Assembly: GCA_964638545.1 (NCBI GenBank)
Contig: CAZXAM010000003.1
Location: 11,429 to 75,428 of the forward strand
Length of the DNA: 64,000 nucleotides
Source: an uncultured Rikenellaceae bacterium
GTDB taxonomy: Bacteria; Bacteroidota; Bacteroidia; Bacteroidales; VadinHA17
Reading direction: 5' to 3'
A program made the position numbers and the translations under genes. The notes beneath the pieces are model-generated. The model worked only from the letters and a program-made list of their open reading frames with translations. It had not been told where the DNA came from and ran no database searches. The first letter of the stretch is position 1. Each line of letters begins with the position of its first letter. Below are positions 8,973 to 19,155 of the stretch, in pieces.

Positions 8973-9040
8973 TTTTTTATTTTTTACAATCCATAAACTT
9001 AAAAAGAAAATCCAAAAATACTTACATTTTTTTTCATAAG

Positions 9041-9108
9041 ACCCCCCTTCCCGTTCCCCCCAGAGGGGGAAAGCCCGCCCCGCTTCGGCGGGGGCAGGGT
9101 TAGGGGTA
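9041..9108. repeat. G/C-tract hairpin cluster in a divergent promoter region
   Basis: CCCCCC-aga-GGGGG lies at about 9056-9069 and CCCCGC-ttcg-GCGGGG at 9078-9093. Both are embedded in C- and G-runs in an otherwise AT-rich spacer. Confidence 0.6.
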
Positions 9109-9132
9109 TTCAAAAAAGTATATATTTGTGTT

Positions 9133-10308
9133 ATGGTAAAGACTGGACTTGAGATTATTGCCGGCAATCTTCCTGCCGGACTCCGTGGAAAAAAAGTGGG
9201 CATACTTTGCCATGCACCAAGCATCACGAGTGATTATAAACATATCATTGACATATTTTCTGCCAGCCGTGATCTTTACATCGGAGCTGTTTTCGGGCCT
9301 CAACACGGATTATCCGGACAAACACAGGCCAATATGATCGAATGGGAAGGCCCGGAAAAAAGGACACCGGGGTTCCCTGTTTTCAGCCTTTACGGAAGGA
9401 ACAGAAAACCAACTCCTGAGATGCTGGGCCATATTGAAGCACTGATTATTGACCTCCAGGATGTTGGAGCCAGGCTTTATACATACGTATGGACAATCAA
9501 GCTGTGCATGGAAGCATGCACTGAGGCAGGCATTCCGGTTTGGGTACTTGACAGGCCGAATCCAATTGGGAGGGTCCCCTTTGACGGTCCGGTGCTTAAG
9601 AAAGAGTTCTTTACATTTGTGGGAGGCGCAGAAATCCCTCTCTGTCACAGAATGACGATCGGGGAAATGGCTCTCTGGATAAAGGGGAATTATATCCCTT
9701 CATGTGACCTTAAGATTGTTTGGATGGAGGGATGGAGAAGAAATTCATTATTCGATCAGACAGGATTGCCGTGGGTGCTTCCCTCACCGAATATCCCTAC
9801 AGTCAAGACTGCGATAGTATATCCAGGTTCCGTTCTCCTCGAGGGCACAAATCTTTCCGAAGGAAGGGGAACGACTATCCCGTTTGAGCTCTTCGGAGCC
9901 CCCTTTGTGGATACGGGAAGGCTCCTTAAAATGCTTGAAGAGAAGGATTTGGGCGGATGCAGATTCAGGAGGCATGATTTCATCCCGACATTTAATAAAT
10001 ATAAAACCATTTTGTGCAATGGTATTCAGATTCATGTAACCGATCCGGAAAATTTCCACCCTGTGGCTGCAATGATGGATATACTTGATTCTATTATTGA
10101 GATATCTCCGAAAGATTCCATACGATTCAACCCTCCTCCTTATGAATATGAGAATGAGTTAACGCCGTTTGACATTCTTTCAGGGGATTCCGGAATGAGG
10201 AAGGCACTGATCAACCGCCAGGATACAAGAATTGAAAAGGAAAGGTGGAGCTATGAAATTGAGGAATTCAGAAAAGAGTTCGTCAGGATAGCTTTTTACC
10301 CGGAGTGA
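9133..10308 (+). CDS. DUF1343 / exo-beta-N-acetylmuramidase NamZ-family protein
   Basis: 391 aa. The N-terminus GLEIIAGNLPAGLRGKKVGILCHAPSITSDYKHIIDIF, followed by GPQHG and LIIDLQDVGARLYTY, is typical of DUF1343. Confidence 0.85.
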   Translation: MVKTGLEIIAGNLPAGLRGKKVGILCHAPSITSDYKHIIDIFSASRDLYIGAVFGPQHGLSGQTQANMIEWEGPEKRTPGFPVFSLYGRNRKPTPEMLGHIEALIIDLQDVGARLYTYVWTIKLCMEACTEAGIPVWVLDRPNPIGRVPFDGPVLKKEFFTFVGGAEIPLCHRMTIGEMALWIKGNYIPSCDLKIVWMEGWRRNSLFDQTGLPWVLPSPNIPTVKTAIVYPGSVLLEGTNLSEGRGTTIPFELFGAPFVDTGRLLKMLEEKDLGGCRFRRHDFIPTFNKYKTILCNGIQIHVTDPENFHPVAAMMDILDSIIEISPKDSIRFNPPPYEYENELTPFDILSGDSGMRKALINRQDTRIEKERWSYEIEEFRKEFVRIAFYPE

Positions 10309-10340
10309 ACCAATCAGGAGATGAAGTTTGTGCTATTATT

Positions 10341-10724
10341 TTATTCAAACAAACCATTGTCTCTCAAAAGAAGAAGGATTGCGGAATGCGGTACCACCAT
10401 TAGTTTCTCATTGTTGAATTCGATCTCAATTGCACTGTTCTGAAGGTAAACAGCCTGATCACCCTCCTTTGGCTGAAGAGGAACGTATTTTGGTTCATCA
10501 GCCCTTGCTTTCCAGGGTTCATCAGATTCATTTATTGAAGGAATAGGATACCCGGGGCCGACTTTCAGCACATATCCAATCTGAACTTTCTCATTTTCGT
10601 TAACGCCCGGAGGAAGGTAAAGTCCGCTTTTGGTTTTCGACTGGGGTGTTTTTGGTTTTATAAGGATCCTGTCGCCAATAACTATAAGCTTCTGAAGATC
10701 CTTTTCATCAAGTAGTACACTCAT
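10341..10724 (-). CDS. GroES (Cpn10)-like family protein, stand-alone
   Basis: IGDRILIKP...KTKSGLYLPPGV...GYVLKVGPG has the Cpn10 fold signature with an insertion. There is no groEL nearby. Start set at ATG 10724, because the track start 10736 is TTG. Confidence 0.75.
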   Translation of the reverse strand: MSVLLDEKDLQKLIVIGDRILIKPKTPQSKTKSGLYLPPGVNENEKVQIGYVLKVGPGYPIPSINESDEPWKARADEPKYVPLQPKEGDQAVYLQNSAIEIEFNNEKLMVVPHSAILLLLRDNGLFE

Positions 10725-10792
10725 AACCTTTATCAATTACAGCAAAAATAGGATTTTTCGCCAAAATTGGGCCAATCCGATTCACAGTTTTA

Positions 10793-10800
10793 TAAATTTG
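10793..10800 (+). promoter_or_regulatory. Candidate Bacteroidota -7 promoter element (TAnnTTTG)
   Basis: TAAATTTG lies 37 nt upstream of the yigZ-like ATG. Only the -7 motif matches. Confidence 0.3.
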
Positions 10801-10836
10801 CATAGTTGTTTCAGAAACGAAAGAGATTTATAGGGC

Positions 10837-11451
10837 ATGCCCGAGAATTATACTTACAAAACCATCCGCTCTGAATCCTCAGGCCAGTACAAGGAAAAAG
10901 GCAGCAGGTTTGTCTCAGCTGCGTATCCTGTTTCGGATGAGCAGGAAATAAAATCGATCATTGATGGGATAAGAAAAGAGCGTCACGAAGCACGGCATCA
11001 CAGCTACGCTTACCTTCTTGGATCCGGAGAACCTGTATGGAGGGCAAATGACGACGGAGAGCCTTCGGGAACAGCAGGAAAACCCATACTTGGCCAGATC
11101 AGATCATTTGGAGTGACAAATGTCCTCATTGTTGTGTCAAGATATTTCGGAGGAACCCTTTTGGGCGCAAGCGGTCTGATAAACGCATACAGGAGCGCTG
11201 CTTACGACGCGTTGAACAATGCCGAGATAATAGAACATATCATTGAGGAGTCTTATGAAATATTTTTTCCTTACGAGTCAATGAACCATGTCATGAAAAT
11301 TATCAAGGATGAAGAAATAGTCCAGTCAGAGCATTCATTTGGTCTGGAGTGCAGGATAAAGATTGGTATAAGGCTTTCATCAAAGGAAAAAATTCTTGCA
11401 CGCTTCTCACGGATTGACGGATTGAAATACAAATTCCTAAACGTCGGATAA
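10837..11451 (+). CDS. YigZ / IMPACT-family protein (UPF0029)
   Basis: KGSRFVSAAYPV...ARHHSYAYLLG...DDGEPSGTAGKPIL is the conserved YigZ N-terminal domain pattern. Confidence 0.85.
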   Translation: MPENYTYKTIRSESSGQYKEKGSRFVSAAYPVSDEQEIKSIIDGIRKERHEARHHSYAYLLGSGEPVWRANDDGEPSGTAGKPILGQIRSFGVTNVLIVVSRYFGGTLLGASGLINAYRSAAYDALNNAEIIEHIIEESYEIFFPYESMNHVMKIIKDEEIVQSEHSFGLECRIKIGIRLSSKEKILARFSRIDGLKYKFLNVG

Positions 11452-11565
11452 CGCGGGATTTCGACCTTAAAAGTTGTTAATTACTTATCAACATTTACAA
11501 TTGCAAAATGATTTCATGACTAATTTTAAGTCTGTAAGATTGGTCCTGTCTTAAAATCTAATCCC

Positions 11566-12474
11566 ATGAATATCAAGAGCTTAGTTTCAATTGATGATTT
11601 CTCCAAAGAGGAAGTATTAAAAATACTCGACCTGGCTGAAGGATTCGAAAAACAACCGTTAAGGAAGCTTCTGGAAGGCAAAGTTATTGCAACGCTGTTC
11701 TTTGAACCGTCAACGAGGACCCGGCTCAGCTTTGAGAGTGCGATCAACAGGCTCGGAGGAAAAATCGTAGGTTTCACAGACGCATCCAGTTCAAGCGTCG
11801 TAAAAGGCGAAACACTGCATGACACAATAAGGATGGTAAGCAGCTACAGCGACCTGATAGTGATCAGACATCCGATTGAAGGGAGTGCCCGGTATGCAAG
11901 TGAAATCTCTTCGGTACCGGTCATAAACGCAGGCGATGGTGCAAACCAGCATCCGACTCAGACTATGCTTGATCTGTACTCCATAAGAAAGACACAGGGA
12001 ACTCTTGACAATCTTAACATATTCATGGTTGGAGACCTTAAATATGGACGGACGGTCCATTCACTTATGATGGCAATGTCGAGATGGAATGCGACTTTCA
12101 ATTTTATTTCACCGGAAGAGCTCAGGATGCCGGATGAGTTCAAGCTTTACCTGGATAATCTGGGACTGAAGTATTATGAGCATACTGATTTCACTGATAT
12201 AATTTCCAAAGCTGATATTATCTATATGACACGGGTTCAGAAAGAAAGATTCTCGGACCCCATCGAGTACGAAAAGGTTAAGAATGTATATGTACTGAGG
12301 AATTCAATGCTTTCGGGCACAAAACATAACATGAGAATACTGCATCCACTGCCGAGAGTCAATGAAATTGCAACAGACGTGGATACAAATCCCAAGGCAT
12401 ACTACTTCAATCAGGCCTTGAATGGCGTATATACAAGGCAGGCTATACTTTGCACACTTTTAGGAATAAACTGA
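11566..12474 (+). CDS. pyrB: Aspartate carbamoyltransferase catalytic subunit
   Basis: [17 protein letters not shown] and HPLPR motifs are present. 302 aa, followed by pyrI. Confidence 0.95.
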   Translation: MNIKSLVSIDDFSKEEVLKILDLAEGFEKQPLRKLLEGKVIATLFFEPSTRTRLSFESAINRLGGKIVGFTDASSSSVVKGETLHDTIRMVSSYSDLIVIRHPIEGSARYASEISSVPVINAGDGANQHPTQTMLDLYSIRKTQGTLDNLNIFMVGDLKYGRTVHSLMMAMSRWNATFNFISPEELRMPDEFKLYLDNLGLKYYEHTDFTDIISKADIIYMTRVQKERFSDPIEYEKVKNVYVLRNSMLSGTKHNMRILHPLPRVNEIATDVDTNPKAYYFNQALNGVYTRQAILCTLLGIN

Positions 12475-12488
12475 AGGAGAGCTGATCC

Positions 12489-12950
12489 ATGAAAAAAGAA
12501 CCAAAACAATTAAGCGTAAGCGCTATTCAGAACGGGACAGTGATAGATCACATCCCTGCGAAGCATCTTTTCAAAGTCATTCAAATACTGGGACTGGATA
12601 AAATTGACCATCAGATCACTTTCGGCACGAATCTCGAAAGCAAGAAGCTGGGAAAAAAGGCGATCATCAAAATCTCTGAAAAATTTTTTGCCGACGATGA
12701 TATAAACAGGATAGCACTCGTTGCTCCGGATGCAAAGCTGAATATCATCAGAGACTATGAGGTTGTTGAGAAGAAGGTTGTTGAAGTGCCTGACATGATA
12801 ACCGGGATTGCCCGGTGCATGAATCCAAAATGCATTACAAACTTTGAGCCTGTAACAACACGTTTCCGGGTTGTTTCAAAGAAAAATGTAACGCTGAAAT
12901 GCCACTACTGCGAAAAGATCACGAACCAGGAGAACATGCAGATCATTTAG
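12489..12950 (+). CDS. pyrI: Aspartate carbamoyltransferase regulatory subunit
   Basis: 153 aa. LSVSAIQNGTVIDHI is present, with C-terminal zinc cysteines (CMNPKCIT...CHYCEK). Confidence 0.95.
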   Translation: MKKEPKQLSVSAIQNGTVIDHIPAKHLFKVIQILGLDKIDHQITFGTNLESKKLGKKAIIKISEKFFADDDINRIALVAPDAKLNIIRDYEVVEKKVVEVPDMITGIARCMNPKCITNFEPVTTRFRVVSKKNVTLKCHYCEKITNQENMQII

Positions 12951-13414
12951 CGCAGCCTGTCATACGACTTGACCAGTTCCTCGTCCTTTTTTATCCCTCT
13001 GAAAGCCAGCCAGGAGGTCAACAGCATCAATGGAAGAATAAACATGTTAAGGCCTGGCCTGATTTCACCGCTGTATTTCCCCGATATATAAATATAGTAA
13101 AAAACAGAAGCTATAATCAGGAGAAGGACAAGAGTCATAAGACCTGCCGTAATTTTCATCTGCAGCTTCCTTTTCTTAAAAAGGAAGAGTGCCACTAGTG
13201 AAATAATTATTATCACAAGTACCAAAGCAGTCATTGACAATAAGATCCAGATAGTTGCCTGTCCCCCGACATTCTCTGTAATCTTCAGGCCTTCAGGACT
13301 TACATCTAATATATTTTTCGGCCCTTCAGCAAATTTAATAACACGTCCGTTTAGGAATAATATTGACAATACTGTTGTCAGAAAAAGATAAAGGCTTTGG
13401 ATTCGCTGTATCAT
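12947..13414 (-). CDS. DUF4293-family membrane protein
   Basis: The MIQRIQSLYLFLTTVLSILF N-terminus and four hydrophobic helices match the family. It overlaps the pyrI stop by 4 nt, tail to tail. Confidence 0.75.
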   Translation of the reverse strand: MIQRIQSLYLFLTTVLSILFLNGRVIKFAEGPKNILDVSPEGLKITENVGGQATIWILLSMTALVLVIIIISLVALFLFKKRKLQMKITAGLMTLVLLLIIASVFYYIYISGKYSGEIRPGLNMFILPLMLLTSWLAFRGIKKDEELVKSYDRLR

Positions 13415-13565
13415 AAATAAGGCATATAATTTCTATAAAATTAAACTTTTTTTGTTCTCCGGTCAATAATCCGGTGTCGAATGCCTGCTAAATTAGAGCA
13501 CCTGCTTTTAGGATAATTTAACATATTTTTAAACCAGCCTGAAAAGTAATGCCGCTCAAATTACC

Positions 13566-13573
13566 TACATTTG
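13566..13573 (+). promoter_or_regulatory. Candidate -7 promoter element (TAnnTTTG) for RND operon
   Basis: TACATTTG lies 57 nt upstream of ATG 13630. Confidence 0.3.
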
Positions 13574-13629
13574 TCAGTTCGCAATTTTCAGACAAATACC
13601 GGACTCAGTCTGTATAATATCAGAATTTT

Positions 13630-14748
13630 ATGAAGAAGAGCCTAAGAATCACAATTACAATTTCATTGATAGTTATACTGGCATCAATAATTTTTTATCC
13701 TAAATACAAACCTGTACTTAAAAAGCTGACAGGCAAAGAGAAGGGTGACATGGGTCCTAATCCAGGCCAGGGAGGAAGAGGAGGTTTCGCCTCAGGAAGA
13801 CAGATCCTGAACGTAAGCGGATTTCTGATCATGCCTGCAAGCGTCAGCGATTTGTACAGGAGCACCGGACAGTTGAGACCCGATGAGGAAGTTGAACTAT
13901 CCTTTGAGACATCGGGAAAAGTTGTCGGCATCAATTTCACCGAAGGAACAAGAGTCAAGAAAGGTTTCCTTCTGGCAAAAATGAATGACAAGCCCCTTCA
14001 GGCTCAACTTGAGAAATTAATGGCTCAGCGGAAGCTTACAGAGGAAAAAGAGTTCAGGCAAAGGTCGCTTCTTGAAAAGGATGCAATCAGCCAGGAGAGC
14101 TATGACCAGATTGTTACAGAGCTTCAGACTATTCAGGCAGATATAAATCTGGTCAAAGCCAGAATCTCTGAAACAGAACTGCATGCACCTTTTGACGGCA
14201 TTATCGGAGTTCGTTATCTCAGTGAAGGAACATACGCGAATCCATCGACAAAGGTCGCCCGGCTCGTTAAAATCAGTCCGATAAAACTGGATTTTTCCAT
14301 TTCAGAACGATTTGCGAATCAGGTTCAGGCAGGATATCCAGTAACATTTACTGTCGATGGGAACAGCAAGATTTACGAGGCTTCGGTATATGCAATCGAT
14401 CCGAAGCTGGATGAGGAGACCAGGACGATTACAATCAGGGCTTTGTATCCGAACAAGAACGAGGAGCTGAAACCAGGCCGCTTTGCCCCTGTCACACTTC
14501 TTCTTTCGAAGATCGACAACACAATTTCCATTCCCAGTGAAGCCATAACCCCGGAAATGGATGGTGAAATGGTTTATGTGTACAGAAACGGAAAAGCAAA
14601 TATCATAAAGGTCACCACAGGTTTGCGTACGGAATCCATGGTTCAAATCACGGAAGGGCTGAAATTTGGTGACACGCTTATCACCACAGGCATACTTCAG
14701 CTCCGTCAGGGGCTTCCTGTAGTGCTCGACACTCTTATCAAAAATTAA
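13630..14748 (+). CDS. Efflux RND transporter periplasmic adaptor (MFP/HlyD family)
   Basis: 372 aa with an N-terminal TM anchor, a coiled-coil hairpin and a beta-barrel region (ELHAPFDGIIGVRYLSEGTY). It is first in a three-gene efflux operon. Confidence 0.9.
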   Translation: MKKSLRITITISLIVILASIIFYPKYKPVLKKLTGKEKGDMGPNPGQGGRGGFASGRQILNVSGFLIMPASVSDLYRSTGQLRPDEEVELSFETSGKVVGINFTEGTRVKKGFLLAKMNDKPLQAQLEKLMAQRKLTEEKEFRQRSLLEKDAISQESYDQIVTELQTIQADINLVKARISETELHAPFDGIIGVRYLSEGTYANPSTKVARLVKISPIKLDFSISERFANQVQAGYPVTFTVDGNSKIYEASVYAIDPKLDEETRTITIRALYPNKNEELKPGRFAPVTLLLSKIDNTISIPSEAITPEMDGEMVYVYRNGKANIIKVTTGLRTESMVQITEGLKFGDTLITTGILQLRQGLPVVLDTLIKN

Positions 14749-14760
14749 TAACCGGCCAGA

Positions 14761-17700
14761 ATGAGCATTTCGACCACCAGCATAAACAGACCGGTACTGG
14801 CTTCAGTATTTGCGATTATTATTCTCCTGTTCGGATTCGTCGGACTTACGTATTTGGGGATCAGGGAATTTCCCAGCGTTGACCCGGCTATCATAACAGT
14901 AAGCACCTCCTATCCGGGGGCAAACTCGGATGTAATTGAAACACAAATCACTGAACCTCTTGAACAGAATATCAACGGTATCCCGGGAGTCCGCACACTT
15001 ACAAGTGTAAGCAGTCAGGGAAGGAGCAACATAACCGTTGAATTCGAATTGTCTGTTGATCTTGAAACTGCCGCCAATGACGTCCGTGACAAAGTATCGC
15101 AGGCTACAAGGCTTCTTCCGCGCGATTGCGATCCGCCGACAGTGGCCAAGGCTGACGCAGATGCGAATCCAATACTGTTCCTTACCGTGGAGAGCAGTAA
15201 AAGATCGCTGCTGCAGCTTTCTGAAATAGCCGACCTGACTCTTAAAGAACAACTTCAGACTATTTCGGGTGTGAGCGCTGTCAATATTTTTGGAGAAAAA
15301 AGATATTCGATGCGCCTCTGGATGGATCCATCCAAACTTGCAGGCTACGGCCTGACGCCTATGGATGTAAGGAATGCAATCAGCCGTGAAAATGTAGAGC
15401 TTCCATCAGGTTCCATCGAAGGCACCAACACTCAGCTTACTATAAGGACGCTTGGACTGATGACCACGCCTAAAGAATTCAATGATCTGATCATAAAGCA
15501 ATCAGGAGGCAGGATTGTAAGATTCAGCGATATCGGGAGGGCTGAGCTTGGACCCGAAGATATAAGAGGGATACTTAAGAGAGACGGCGTTCCGATGGTT
15601 CAGATCGCAATGATCCCTCAGCCAGGCTCGAATCATATTGATATAGTCGACGAAGTTTACACGAGGCTTGAATATATAAAGAAAGACCTACCGGCAGATG
15701 TTAAGGTCAATGTCAATTATGACAATACCGAATATATACGCTCCTCGATCAAGGAAGTCAAGGACACGATCTATATTGCATTTTTCCTTGTTGTGATCAT
15801 AATTTATGTTTTTCTCAGAAGCTGGCGCGCAACACTTATTCCGATCCTTGTGATTCCTATTTCCCTGGTGGGTTCATTCTTCATCATGTATGTGGCGGGA
15901 TTCACCATCAATGTATTGACGCTTCTTGCCATTGTGCTTGCTATTGGTATTGTCGTTGATGATGCGATAGTTGTGATGGAAAACATATATGTCAAAGTGG
16001 AGTCAGGGATGAATCCCATTGAAGCCGGACTTAAAGGATCAAAGGAGATCTATTTTGCAATTATCTCGACTACAATAACCCTTGTATCTGTTTTCTTCCC
16101 TATTGTATTCCTTCAGGGTATCACAGGGCGTCTTTTCAGGGAATTCAGCATTGTTATGGCTGGTGCGGTAACCATTTCCGCTTTTCTTGCACTGTCGCTG
16201 ACGCCAATGGTATCCACCAAATTGCTGCGTCACGAAAAGAAACACAGCTGGTTTTTCAGGAAAACAGAAAAATTCTTTGACCGTCTCAATAAATGGTACA
16301 GCGACGCTCTTGGATCTTTCCTGAAACATCGCAGGTGGGCGCTTGTCATACTCGTTACCGCCCTGGGACTGGTGGTTCTTCTATGGAACTCCATCCCGGC
16401 CGAAATGGCACCGCTTGAGGACCGCTCGCAGATTACCATAAATATGTCGGCGCCTGAAGGTGCAACCTATGAATATATGCTCAGCTACGCCGATGATTTG
16501 TCGAATCTGGTGGAGAAAAGGGTACCTGAGCGTCAAAGCTATACTGCGATGGTAAGAGGCGGCAGTTTTTCCAATATGAGGATCATGCTTCAGAAGCCGG
16601 ATGAAAGGGAAAGGACTCAGCAGGAAATAGCCGATCAGCTCTCTTTTGACCTAAGGACAAAGACAAAAGCCCGTTCATTCGTTCAGCAGCAATCGACTTT
16701 CGGAAGCCGGCGCGCAGGTATGCCTGTACAGTATGTGTTGCAGGCTACTTCCATTGAAAAACTAAGGGAGATCCTTCCTGAATTCATGGCGCGTGTCAGC
16801 GAAAGCGAAATCCTTCAAATGGCAGATGTGAACCTGAAATTTACAAAACCAGAGCTCAGGATCCACATAAACAGGGATAAGGCAACCTCACTGGGAGTTT
16901 CAACGCAAAGCATAGGCCAGACTCTTCAGCTGGCACTAAGCGGACAAAGGTTCGGATATTTTTTCATGAATGGAAAACAATACCAGATACTCGGAGAACT
17001 CGCCCGTTCCGACCGTAACAAGCCTCTCGATCTGAAATCCCTTTACGTGAGAAACGACAGGGGTGAGATGATACAATTCGATAATCTTGTCACGCTTACC
17101 GAGGAGACAGCTCCGCCCCAGCTGTATCGTTACAACAGGTTCGTTGCTGCGACCGTCTCCGCTGGCCTTGTAAAAGGACGGACTATAAGTGAAGGGATAG
17201 AAGAAATGGACAGGATCGCAAAGGAAGTGCTCGATGATTCATTCAGGACAGCCCTGGCAGGAGACTCCAAGGACTTCATGGAAAGTTCTTCAAGCCTCAT
17301 GTTTGCATTTGCACTTGCGCTTGTTCTGATCTTTCTGGTTCTCGCCGCGCAATTTGAAAGCTTCAAGGATCCGCTGATCGTAATGATGACTATCCCGCTA
17401 GCTCTCACTGGTGCGCTTGTATTCATGTGGTACTTTAACCTCACAATGAACATCTTCAGCCAGATCGGACTTATAATGCTTATAGGACTTGTTTCGAAGA
17501 ACGGAATTCTGATTGTTGAATTTGCCAATCAGAGGAAAAGCTCAGGCATGGTAAAGATGGAAGCTATAAAATATGCAGCATCTGCGCGTTTCCGTCCCAT
17601 ACTAATGACAAGCCTTGCAACTATTCTGGGCATTTCGCCCCTGGCGCTGGGATTCGGGGAAGGTGCACAGAGCCGCGTGGCAATGGGTACTGCAGTTGTC

Positions 17701-17814
17701 GGGGGAATGATATTCGCAACATTTCTGACACTGTTCATTGTACCTGCAATCTATACCTATATTTCGAGTGAAACAAAATTTTCGAAGGATGAAAACAAGG
17801 TTGGTGTCTCTTAG
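14761..17814 (+). CDS. Efflux RND transporter permease (AcrB/HAE1 family)
   Basis: 1017 aa with 12-TM RND topology. SINRPVLASVFAIIILLFG, VVDDAIVVMENI and KNGILIVEFANQ are present. Confidence 0.95.
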   Translation: MSISTTSINRPVLASVFAIIILLFGFVGLTYLGIREFPSVDPAIITVSTSYPGANSDVIETQITEPLEQNINGIPGVRTLTSVSSQGRSNITVEFELSVDLETAANDVRDKVSQATRLLPRDCDPPTVAKADADANPILFLTVESSKRSLLQLSEIADLTLKEQLQTISGVSAVNIFGEKRYSMRLWMDPSKLAGYGLTPMDVRNAISRENVELPSGSIEGTNTQLTIRTLGLMTTPKEFNDLIIKQSGGRIVRFSDIGRAELGPEDIRGILKRDGVPMVQIAMIPQPGSNHIDIVDEVYTRLEYIKKDLPADVKVNVNYDNTEYIRSSIKEVKDTIYIAFFLVVIIIYVFLRSWRATLIPILVIPISLVGSFFIMYVAGFTINVLTLLAIVLAIGIVVDDAIVVMENIYVKVESGMNPIEAGLKGSKEIYFAIISTTITLVSVFFPIVFLQGITGRLFREFSIVMAGAVTISAFLALSLTPMVSTKLLRHEKKHSWFFRKTEKFFDRLNKWYSDALGSFLKHRRWALVILVTALGLVVLLWNSIPAEMAPLEDRSQITINMSAPEGATYEYMLSYADDLSNLVEKRVPERQSYTAMVRGGSFSNMRIMLQKPDERERTQQEIADQLSFDLRTKTKARSFVQQQSTFGSRRAGMPVQYVLQATSIEKLREILPEFMARVSESEILQMADVNLKFTKPELRIHINRDKATSLGVSTQSIGQTLQLALSGQRFGYFFMNGKQYQILGELARSDRNKPLDLKSLYVRNDRGEMIQFDNLVTLTEETAPPQLYRYNRFVAATVSAGLVKGRTISEGIEEMDRIAKEVLDDSFRTALAGDSKDFMESSSSLMFAFALALVLIFLVLAAQFESFKDPLIVMMTIPLALTGALVFMWYFNLTMNIFSQIGLIMLIGLVSKNGILIVEFANQRKSSGMVKMEAIKYAASARFRPILMTSLATILGISPLALGFGEGAQSRVAMGTAVVGGMIFATFLTLFIVPAIYTYISSETKFSKDENKVGVS

Positions 17815-19111
17815 CCTTTTCTTTCTATTTACTGCCAGCCAGTTGCCGGGACAGAAGATCTATGATGTCAGGGAATGCATAAAGACCGGGCTCGACAGGA
17901 ATTATTCCCTGTTGATAATCCGTAACAACGAGGCAATAGCAAAGAACAATCACACCATTGGCAACGCAGGTTATCTTCCTTCGCTGGATCTCAGCGGAAG
18001 GCACAGTGGCACACTAAATGATTCCAGGACGAATCTCGGTGACACAAGCGGCACGTTTACCAACAATATCCATAACACGACAAGTTCCGGATCGTTAGGA
18101 ATGGGATTGACCATTTTCGACGGTTTCAGTGTGTCGACAACTTACAGGAAGCTTGGCGAGCTTAAGAAGATAGGAGGACTGAATACTCAGCTCGCCATTG
18201 AGAATCTTGTTGCCGACATTGTCGTTGCATATAATAATTATATTCAGCAAGTAAAACTGCTTGAAAATCTTGAATATGCGGTATCCCTTTCAAGGGAAAG
18301 ACTGAGGATTGACGAAGACAGGTATTTGCTGGGATCAAATTCAAAGCTACAGGTTTTGCAGTCAAGAGTCTACCTGAATGCCGACAGTTCAAGGCTTTCA
18401 AAGCAGGTTGAGACAGTCCATGCGGCTCAGATACGCCTCAATGAGCTCATGGCTGTTGAGGACCTTAACGGCAGGTTCACTGCAAGCGATACCACAATAG
18501 CAGTCAATCAGCCTCTTCTTTTTGAGAAGCTTTATAATGAAACACTGGCAAAGAACACCAGCCTGCTGATAGCATCAGCTAATAAAACAATTTCGGAGTA
18601 TGATTACAAGCTGGCAAAATCAAGGTCTTATCCATATCTCACAGCTTCATCGGGGTATAACTATAACTTTAATACCTTCTCGCACAGTTCATTCGATAAT
18701 CAGCAGACGAACGGGCTCAGCTACGGGGTAACGCTTGGATTCAATATTTTTGACGGATTCAACCAAAGGAGAAGCATCCGGAACTCTTCGATAGATATTC
18801 AGAGCAAGGAGCTTAAATACCAGGAAATAGAACAGGGTGTAAAAGCTGATCTCATTACCATATTCAGCGCGTACAGCAATTACCTGAGGCTCATAGAGCT
18901 TGAGAAGCAAAATTTAAGCACGGCGACGGAAAACCTCACGATCGCAATGGAAAGATACAAGCTGGGCAGTCTATCGGGGATAGATTTGAGAGAAGTTCAG
19001 AAGAGTCTGCTTGATGCAAGAGAGAGCCTCCTTTCGGTTCAATACATGACCAAGCTTGCAGAAATCTCACTTAAGCTTATTTCAGGAGGAATAATGGAAT
19101 ATTACAATTAG
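17789..19111 (+). CDS. TolC-family outer membrane efflux protein
   Basis: Start set at ATG 17789 (MKTRLVSLSLFFLFTASQLPGQ signal), overlapping the permease end. Two OEP repeats are visible. Confidence 0.85.
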   Translation: MKTRLVSLSLFFLFTASQLPGQKIYDVRECIKTGLDRNYSLLIIRNNEAIAKNNHTIGNAGYLPSLDLSGRHSGTLNDSRTNLGDTSGTFTNNIHNTTSSGSLGMGLTIFDGFSVSTTYRKLGELKKIGGLNTQLAIENLVADIVVAYNNYIQQVKLLENLEYAVSLSRERLRIDEDRYLLGSNSKLQVLQSRVYLNADSSRLSKQVETVHAAQIRLNELMAVEDLNGRFTASDTTIAVNQPLLFEKLYNETLAKNTSLLIASANKTISEYDYKLAKSRSYPYLTASSGYNYNFNTFSHSSFDNQQTNGLSYGVTLGFNIFDGFNQRRSIRNSSIDIQSKELKYQEIEQGVKADLITIFSAYSNYLRLIELEKQNLSTATENLTIAMERYKLGSLSGIDLREVQKSLLDARESLLSVQYMTKLAEISLKLISGGIMEYYN

Positions 19112-19155
19112 CGGCTGGAGGGATTTTCTTAAATTTGCTTCTCAATTCAAGATAC

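Noticed and set aside
8973-9227. N-terminal 85-aa extension of the 5'-nucleotidase ORF in the supplied track (7206..9227)
   Set aside because: The extension reads through the G/C hairpin repeat (PNPAPAEAGRAFPLWGEREGG...) and has no protein-like features. An internal ATG at 8972 is followed by a textbook lipoprotein signal (LFTSCG).
14803-17738. Antisense or overlapping ORFs inside long genes, for example 14803..15252(-), 17130..17528(-), 36390..36653(+), 46340..46723(+), 5445..5757(+)
   Set aside because: These are shadow ORFs on the opposite strand of strongly supported CDS (RND permease, RNase Y, AsmA-like, OmpA-like). No independent evidence supports them.
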